Part shown: piece after piece, positions 55,096 to 64,000 of the stretch
How positions within the stretch are numbered: the stretch's first letter is position 1
Layout of the letters: the number at the start of each line of letters is the position of its first letter
Origin: Eledone cirrhosa
Lineage: Eukaryota
Reading direction: 5' to 3'
Assembly: GCA_964016885.1 (NCBI GenBank)
Contig: OZ024753.1
Span: forward strand, 6,696,001 to 6,760,000
Length of the DNA stretch: 64,000 bases
Program-made: the position numbers and the translations under genes
The notes under the pieces: model-generated
Database searches by the model: none
What the model saw: only the letters and a program-made list of their open reading frames with translations
What the model was told of the DNA's origin: nothing

Positions 55096-55446
55096 ATAAA
55101 ATATTAAAAAAATAATGAATAAAACAATGAAACAGTTCCTTATATTAAACAAAAAAAGTTCATTATTTAACGATCGTTTCTAGGATATATATGTGTTAGA
55201 ATTGGCATGCATATTCAACAGATCTATGTACAAAATTATACATTATTTCTGAAGACGGAATATATATGTGTTGGTATGTATATTTAATTTTGATAGTTTG
55301 TATAATTTTGTATAATTTTGTACATAGATCTGTTGAATATACATGCCAATTCTAACACATATATGTCCTAGAAACGATCGTTAAATAATGAACTTTTTTT
55401 GTTTAATATAAGGAACTGTTTCATTGTTTTATTCATTATTTTTTTA

Positions 55447-55456
<10 letters not shown>
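55096..55456. repeat. Palindrome of about 360 bp containing an HHR (55241-55390, plus) with a stem II domain of about 115 nt
   Basis: CATTATTT CTGAAGA CGGAATATATATGTGTTGG...CTAACACATATATGTCCTA GAAA CGATCG TT AAATAATG. Confidence 0.75.
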
Positions 55457-55498
<42 letters not shown>

Positions 55499-56050
55499 CA
55501 CGTGGCTGAATGGTTAGAGAATAGGAGATTCGCAATCGTGAGGTTGTGATTCGGATTCTCAGACAAGGCGATGAATTATATCCTTCGGCAAGACACTTTA
55601 TTTCACGTTGCTACTTCTGCCCAGATTTGCGACCGGTAGACAGTATTAGCAATTGGAAAGGCAAATGGAAACATAGTTTCCTCGGATCTATTTGACGAAA
55701 GTCGATCGACTGTGGATATATATAAAACGAAAAATATGTGATGCATCTGAACTCAATTTATTGTGTTACACTTGTTTCCCAGGCGGAGAGCTCGAGACGC
55801 GATCATTGTGTGGATCTGTCTGATTCTCGACCCGCAGCTTCGACGCAAACGTCTAATGATTTCGGAGCATATTCTCTCACTGGGGTATCTGACCCCCTGT
55901 GCCAGTACAGTCAAAAACTTCATCCTCTTCGCGCGTCCTCTGATTGCCTGCTGGTTATCGACGTCACCATAATTCTGACCACATATTCTACCATACTCAT
56001 AGAGTGCTCAACCGGCATACCGCCTATGGAAGCATCTTAGTTACCATCAG

Positions 56051-56110
<60 letters not shown>

Positions 56111-56280
56111 ATACTTTGGGAGGGTCATGTTGCCAATAAGAATCACACGCACCAGTTGCTTTCACTTCAATTTCATTTATTATATATTTATAAATTTACA
56201 ACATGACCCTCCCAAAGTATAACAATATCGGTTTCAACACACGATTTCAGATAAAGAATCTTGCTAAACAAATTCAGAAA

Positions 56281-56354
<74 letters not shown>

Positions 56355-56482
56355 GCACGTGGCCTAGTGGTAAGGGTGCCGTGGTTCGATTCCTGTGCTG
56401 GGTTGCGTGTGGTGTTCTTGAGCGAAACACTTCATTTAACGTTGCTTCAGTATACTGAAATGATAATGCGTACCAGCAATAG

Positions 56483-56528
<46 letters not shown>

Positions 56529-56639
56529 TATATATATATATATATATATATAGTAATAATAATAAATTTGAAGACTAAAAATCCAAAGAGGGCTCGATAA
56601 GGATAAATATATATCAAATATATAAGAACCGTAGAGGAA

Positions 56640-56788
56640 ATATTCATTAAAATAACAGATTAAAGTTTAAGCAAAGAATCGCTGCTTTCACCCTTAACGG
56701 GATCTTCTGAAAGAGTTTCAGAAGATCCCGTTAAGGGTGAAAGCAGCGATTATTTGCTTAAACTTTAATCTGTTATTTTAATAAATAT
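56640..56788. repeat. Near-perfect palindrome of about 149 bp, family H1 HHR on both strands
   Basis: Centre tctgaaa-gag-tttcaga; plus-strand HHR at 56714-56764. Confidence 0.85.
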
Positions 56789-57091
56789 ATATATATATAA
56801 ATTATATATATATATATAAATTATATATATATATATATTTCTCTTTCTCTCTCTATATATACATATATATGTTTCCTACATGTCTCCTTTCTAACGTCAT
56901 TTAGCCAATAGCTTTGCCTTTTAAATATTAATTATTTCTACTTTTGGCACAAGGCCAGCAATTTTCCAGTGTATTACTGGTACTTTATTTTATCGAAAGA
57001 AAGAAAGGGGGAGTTGAGACGTTGACCGATTCCACACCTTAGAAATAGCTTCCCAGAAAAAACATCTAACTTAGGAATTGCTTCTCATTTA

Positions 57092-57280
57092 ATTGTTTCT
57101 ATTTTTGGCACAAGACCAGCAAACACCCAGTGCATTACTGGTACTTTATTTTATCGACCCCGTAGGGATGAAAGGCAAAGTTAACCTCGGCGGGATTTGA
57201 ACTCAGAATGGCAAGGGCCGTAACTCTATGCGTCAAAGCATGGCGTCCGACCCTCTACCGATACTGCCAATTCACCGCCA
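57092..57280 (-). mobile_element. Full-length family A SINE
   Basis: Close match to the other family A copies. Confidence 0.85.
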
Positions 57281-57654
57281 ATGTTAAATATTTTGTTAAC
57301 AATCCAAATATTTTGTTAACAATACAAATATTTTGTTAAATAAAAATCCATACTATTCCATTACAATCACTCATCCAGTCTTTAGAATTACTGTCTAATT
57401 CTATCTACATATATTCCCCAAAGTGTAGCTAGATTAATTGAAATTATTCTTCTGCCAATTACATCTTCTAGCTTCTATATTTCTGAAAATATTCGCCACC
57501 TTATTCCATTAACTAGTGAGACTATTAACATAACTAAGACTCTTCTTTTCTTAATAATTATTCTTAACAGTATTTGCTCGGCATTGTTTGTCATGTATAT
57601 CGTGTGAAAATAACATACTCATGTACAATATCTCTCTCCACGCATACACATACA

Positions 57655-57656
57655 AA

Positions 57657-57707
<51 letters not shown>

Positions 57708-57734
57708 ATAATATATATGCATACATTTATATAC

Positions 57735-57765
<31 letters not shown>

Positions 57766-58014
57766 CATATACATACATATATATATATACACATATGCAT
57801 GCATATACATACATATATATATATATACACATATGCATACATATATATATATACATATATATATATACACATATGCATACATATACATACATATATATAT
57901 ATATACACATATGCATACATATACATACATATATATATACACATATGCATACATATATATATATACATATATATATACACATATATATATACACATATGC
58001 ATACATATACATAC

Positions 58015-58055
<41 letters not shown>

Positions 58056-58064
58056 TGCATACAT

Positions 58065-58106
<42 letters not shown>

Positions 58107-58442
58107 GCATACATATACATGTATACATATATATATATACACATATGCATACATATACATACATACATATATATACACATATACATACATACATATATAT
58201 ACACATATGTATACACATACATATATATACACATATGCATATATATATATACACATATGCATACATATATATATATATTTATATACATATATATACATAT
58301 ATACACATATGAATACATATACATACATATATATATACACATATGCATACATATATATATATATATACACATATGCATACATATATATATATATACATAT
58401 GCATACATATATATATATATATACACATATGCATACATATAC

Positions 58443-58473
<31 letters not shown>

Positions 58474-58615
58474 CATACATATACATACATACATATACAT
58501 ATGTATATATATATACACATATGCATACATATATATATGTATATATATATACACACATATGCATACATATACATACATATATATATATATACACATATGC
58601 ATACATATATATATA
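57655..58615. repeat. (TA)n/(CA)n compound satellite with acatatgcatacat anchors
   Basis: Directly visible in the sequence. Confidence 0.9.
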
Positions 58616-58803
58616 TTGTGTTTCATTCTTATGGGGTCGATAAAATAAAGTACCAGTAATACACTTGGGTAATTGCTGGCCTTTTGCCAAAAGTAGAAAC
58701 AATTATATCTGAACACAAATACTGGAACTTTCGTATTAGCTTTTCAACGTTGGAGGTTAAATAAGGACTTCGAGAAAATTCCGATTTTAGAAATAGTAAA
58801 TAA

Positions 58804-58885
<82 letters not shown>

Positions 58886-59766
58886 TTGCGTTCGGTGTGG
58901 AAGCGAGAGCACGTCGCTAAAACCGATACAATGCTTGGATAACACTATACTTAATTGCATTTACTTGCAGCAGGGCGCCGCTTATGAAACAAATCGCCCG
59001 AAGAAACACCATCGTTTCCTACGATGTAGCCGGCTCAACCTACCTCGGGTCAACGCCGCCACCATTACAAGTAAGTAAGTATAGAGGGAGACAATTTTAA
59101 TATCTATTGCAACGTCCAATCACTGAATTATCAGACGATTAAACAGCATGGAGAGATGGTAGACATACTGGAGTCAAATATTAAACTATAAGCCAATAGA
59201 AGTTCAGTATGAAAGAAACAGAGTAGAATATATAAACACGAACGAAAGAAATTCAGTATTGAAGTTTAGAAAGTACGATCTCACATTTGATCACAAGAAT
59301 CTGAAAAGTTCAGAGGGAATTTGGTTTAATAAAATTAGCGTTTATTTATATTTGTTTCTTCCTCTTTTTATATACACACTGAACTGAATGCTTAGTGTTC
59401 AGATGACGCAAGCGACGAAAACCAATCTCGTCTTAATTAATGTCATTGATATGATTAAAAATATAAAAGGCTTCTTAGGGCTTTGAATTGGTAAAGAATT
59501 CTCAAGCAGTGAACTAAATAACATAGATAAATAATATTCTTTTTTATTACACACAATGCTGAGAATATGTTATGTTTTTCTCTCATCACATAATGCAGCA
59601 GAGTGAATAGAAAGATGAATTATATTATCAAGCTCTAGGCTAAAATGGCGAATATCTAATTTCAAATCAAAATGAAATTCGCCTTTTTATGTTTACGTGG
59701 ATTTGCACACGACCAAATAAAATCCTGTATCGATATATGTAAACTCATATATGTGTGTGTGTGTAC

Positions 59767-59830
<64 letters not shown>

Positions 59831-60188
59831 GGAACCAGTAAGAACCCGACGGCTGAGCTCAAGCCGTCTCGACGGCTAATTCTGGACTAAATGTAAATTT
59901 ATCCTGGTATTTAAATAGCCGAGCTTCTCAAGGGGTAATTCCATATATGGTCAAAGTGATTGTCACAAGGATCGGTCACAAGTTAGTAGTAATTCTGTGA
60001 TGGCAAATTAGTGGGGGAAGGGGTAGCTAAACCTGCCAGTAGGAGAAAAGGGGGAGGGGTGGGGTAGACCCATTCATGCGTTGGTAGTGCCGGCTACAGC
60101 TGGGCGTGAGGTCAAAGAAGATACTAGGGAGGGAAAGGAAGTCGAAACGGTAAGTAGAACCACCTGGTTCCTTACCACATTTCCTTCG

Positions 60189-60226
<38 letters not shown>

Positions 60227-61549
60227 TTACATAATTTTCAAATGTTAAGGAAAACGGAGAGACTTGTAAATAAACCTTCTCAAAGTCTCCAATTGCATTT
60301 TCTACTGACTTTTCTCTTATTATTTCCCGTTTGTGACATACGAAAAAAAAATTACTTTCGAACATGTGTGCGCGCGCGCGCTCATTGGTTTTCTACATGC
60401 GTGAATGTGTGTGTGTGTGTGTGTGTGTTATTAGCGCAAGTCAAAAGCTTAAGCAATGGATTTCTGTTTTCAGCCGTATGCTGGATCTCAAACGATGATA
60501 TATCAAACCCTGAGCACATTTATGAATTTTTAGAAAACATTACTAGCGAATACTAGCTATAAAGACATGCAGGTAACACGTGGAAATGACCTCTTGCGTT
60601 TCAGGTTTTTACATGCTAAAATAATAATAGTCATCGACTTATGGTATTTAGAAACTTTGATTTCTTCTCACAGTCTTACGGTTATAAATATATTTTACTC
60701 ATTGATCTCTGTGATACCCTAATTTATTTTTACAGTTATATTTACTGAAATATCATTACAGAATGTGGTTCGTTCAGGACAAATCTTTAGCAGTGGTATT
60801 AATTGTGGTATAATAGACCTTGTAGACAGCGAATTGGCAGAATCGTTAGAACGGTGGATAGAATGTTCTGTGGTATTAGTTGCGGCTCTGCTCTCCGAGA
60901 TCAAATCGAGCAAATGTCAACCTTGCCTTGTGTCCTTTCAAGGTCGATAAAAAAAGTACCAGTCTTGTACTGGGGTCAATTCTTCCTCTATATCTCTTTT
61001 TCACATCCATTGTCTCAAACCTTCTACCCCCTATAAGAAATCTGATGTATCCACAGTTGGGGGAGGAGATGGGTTCCGCCAGTTGCAAAGATACCGTAGC
61101 AACGCTGTATGTCGATATGGCGTCCCTTACGACTCATTCAGGAGATACGGGGAAAATAAATAAATAATACATTTTGTCAGTACATCTTCTTTCACATCAT
61201 CTTCACATGATAGGTTTTTGTCAATACCTTGTAATATTCAACGTAGTTATATTTCTGTAGGATAAGTATATAGAAACAATTTATGTTAATTTTGTTTTGT
61301 TTTCTTTTATTTCGGAAGCAAATACTCATCATTAAACAACTAAATATAGGCGCTTTATGTCGATAAATTCTTTCCCTATATCAACTAAGTATATCATTAC
61401 TAGGCCATCTGTTTCTTAGAATTGTAAATATATCTATCGTAAATCCTCAGGTCAGCGAAAGTGAAATTATTGGTTACGTTAATCTATCTTTGTTATACGC
61501 TCTTGCTTACCACTGGTGTTTAGTAATATAAATGATTGTGCATAGTGTA

Positions 61550-62096
61550 AGTATATATCGGTAGGAAGCAGTATATATCGGTAGGAAGCAGTATATATCG
61601 GAGGGAACCAGTATATATCGGAAGCAACCAGTATATATCGGTAGGAACCAGTATATATCGGTAGCAACCAGTATATATCGGAAGCAACCAGTATATATCG
61701 GTAGCAACCAGTATATATCGGTAGGAAGCAGTGTATATAAAGGTGGGAACCAGTATATATCGGTAGCAACCAGTATATATCGGTAGCAACCAGTATATAT
61801 AAAGGTAGCAACCAGTATATATCGGTAGCAACCAGTATATATCGGTAGCAACCAGTATATATCGGTAGCAACCAGTATATATCGGTAGGAACCAGTATAT
61901 ATCGGTAGGAACCAGTATATATCGGTAGGAACCAGTATATATCGGTAGGAACCAGTATATATCGGAAGGAACCAGTATATATCAGTAGGAGCCAGTATAT
62001 ATCGGTAGGAACCAGTATATATAGGTAAGAACCAGTATATATAGGTAGGAACCAGTATATATCGGTAGGAACCAGTATATATAGGTAGCACCAGTA
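61550..62096. repeat. 20 bp minisatellite, about 27 units, running into a SINE tail
   Basis: Unit accagtatatatcggtag(g/c)a; continues as accagtaatgcactgaggtaattgttggccttg. Confidence 0.92.
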
Positions 62097-62152
62097 ATGC
62101 ACTGAGGTAATTGTTGGCCTTGCACCAAAAGTAGAAACAGTTATATAATATT

Positions 62153-62972
62153 TTGTGTGACTGCGGCATCGAACTACAGACTACACAGCACCTCCTGATA
62201 TGGCCCCTGCTGGAACACCCCTGTACAGTATTGGACTTGGCACGGTTTACTGAGAAAAGACAGCAATGTGTTTAGATGTGGCAGAGCTAAATCTAGCCAA
62301 GATTTATACCTGACACTCTTGTGGACACGACAAGAAGACCTGCATATTAGATAATGTAGTCCTAGATACACTAAGTTTGATAGCTACTAATACTAACTAC
62401 TCTACTGTACTGTACTGTACTGCAAAACTCACTCTTGCAAAATGAAGATATATAAAGGATGGGGACGTTGGGTGACTGCGGCTCGAACCACAGACTACGC
62501 AGCACCTCCTGATATGTCCTCTGCTGGAACACCCCAGTACAGTATTGGACTTGGCACGGTTTACTGAGAAAAGACAGCAATGTGTTCAGCTGTGGCAGAG
62601 CTAAATCTAGCCAATATTTATACCTGACACTCTTGTGGACACGACAAGAAGACCTGTATATTAGACAATGTAGTCCTAGATACACTAAGTTTGATAGCTA
62701 CTAATACTAACTACTCTACTGTACTGTACTGTACTGCAAAACTCACTCTTGCAAAATGAAGATATATAAAGGATGGGGACGTTGTGTGACTGAGGCATCG
62801 AACCACAGACTACGCAGCACCTCCTGATATGTCCCCTGCTGGAACACCCCAGTACAGTATTGGACTTGGCAGTGTTTAATGAGAAAGGATAGCAATGTGT
62901 TCCGCTGTGGCGTAACCACACCTAGCTAAGCTTTGTAACTGAAACTTTTCTGGACGCGATAAGAAGAAGAAT
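62153..62972 (+). mobile_element. Tandem array (unit 314-315 bp, about 2.6 copies) of a LINE 3' end, Vingi/Ingi- or RTEX-like
   Basis: Consensus translation LCDCGIEPQTTQHLLICPLLEHP..VLDLARFTEK..QCV.LW (zinc knuckle), then tggacacgacaagaag / aagaagaagaa tail. Confidence 0.7.
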
Positions 62973-63358
62973 TAATTTCTGATAGGAAGAAATATAGATG
63001 ATAGTGTAACTACAAACATCAGACCATTCCATTCGACCCAGAATTAAATGAGGCCGATGGAATGTCAGAATGCATGTATGCATGAATTATTCCACGCTAA
63101 ATAGTTACCTTAGCTCTAAATATAACAATTATATTGCAATGTTTGCTATTTTCAAATAATATGTTTTGTTTCAGTATTTGTGCAGTTTCATTAAAGCTGA
63201 CAACTATAAATTTTCAATGCATTTCGCAATTTGTTTAAACTCTATACAAAAGAATAATTTAAATATTTTGCCTTCAAAACGTATAGAATATATTGTATTC
63301 GTTTAGAAGAATTGGTATAGATATCCAAGTGTCGACCTACAAAAATATACACACGCAC

Positions 63359-63392
<34 letters not shown>

Positions 63393-63462
63393 CACATTTA
63401 TACATATACATATATATACACATATATATATATGTCTGTGTGCATATATATGTATATGTATA

Positions 63463-63501
<39 letters not shown>

Positions 63502-63520
63502 AAGATATATATATATATAA

Positions 63521-63596
<76 letters not shown>

Positions 63597-63759
63597 GAAT
63601 GTGTGTGCATATATATGTTTATGCATAAATATATATATATATATACTTATATATATATATATGTATGTGTGTGCATATATATGTTTATGTATAAATAAAT
63701 ATATATATATATACACTTATATACATATATATGTATGTGTGTGCATATATATGTTTATG

Positions 63760-63791
<32 letters not shown>

Positions 63792-63836
63792 CACTTATAT
63801 ACATATATATTTATGTGTGTGCATATATATGTATAA

Positions 63837-63870
<34 letters not shown>

Positions 63871-64000
63871 ATATACTTATAAACATATATATTTATGTGT
63901 GTGCATATATATGTATAAATATATATATATATATATTCATATATATATATATATTCATACTTATATATGTATGTGTGTGCATATATATGTGTATATATAT

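Noticed and set aside
57551-58716. ORFs of 300+ aa rich in Y/I/C/H (also at 8.4, 21, 33.6 and 52-53 kb)
   Set aside because: These are translations of dinucleotide microsatellites.
61479-62169. CRISPR-like array or repeat-protein ORFs
   Set aside because: Units are contiguous 20-mers with no unique spacers, there are no cas genes, and the context is eukaryotic.
62153-62972. Retrozyme (tandem repeat of about 300 bp with a hammerhead)
   Set aside because: No CTGANGA core found on either strand of the unit; better explained as a LINE 3' end.

Overview
AT-rich, repeat-saturated eukaryotic non-coding DNA, most likely cephalopod (Octopus-like; inferred from the tRNA-derived SINE families and the extreme (TA)n/(CA)n/(GA)n microsatellite load). 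I find no intact protein-coding gene; almost all ORF-track entries are microsatellite or SINE translations. The window holds dozens of tRNA-derived SINEs, decayed RTE, Tx1/L1-like and Vingi/Ingi-like LINE fragments, Tc1/pogo and hAT MITEs, non-autonomous Helitrons and minisatellites. The most notable signal is more than 20 type I hammerhead ribozyme (HHR) motifs, intact or degenerate, from several unrelated short repeat families. Most lie next to (TA)n tracts and many sit in long palindromes with a ribozyme on each strand, the architecture expected of Penelope-like element pseudo-LTRs. One family carries a fixed non-canonical core (CAGAAGA instead of CUGANGA), and several have stem II/loop II expansions of about 60-115 nt. 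Coordinates were read by eye and element boundaries are approximate; no database search or folding computation was run.
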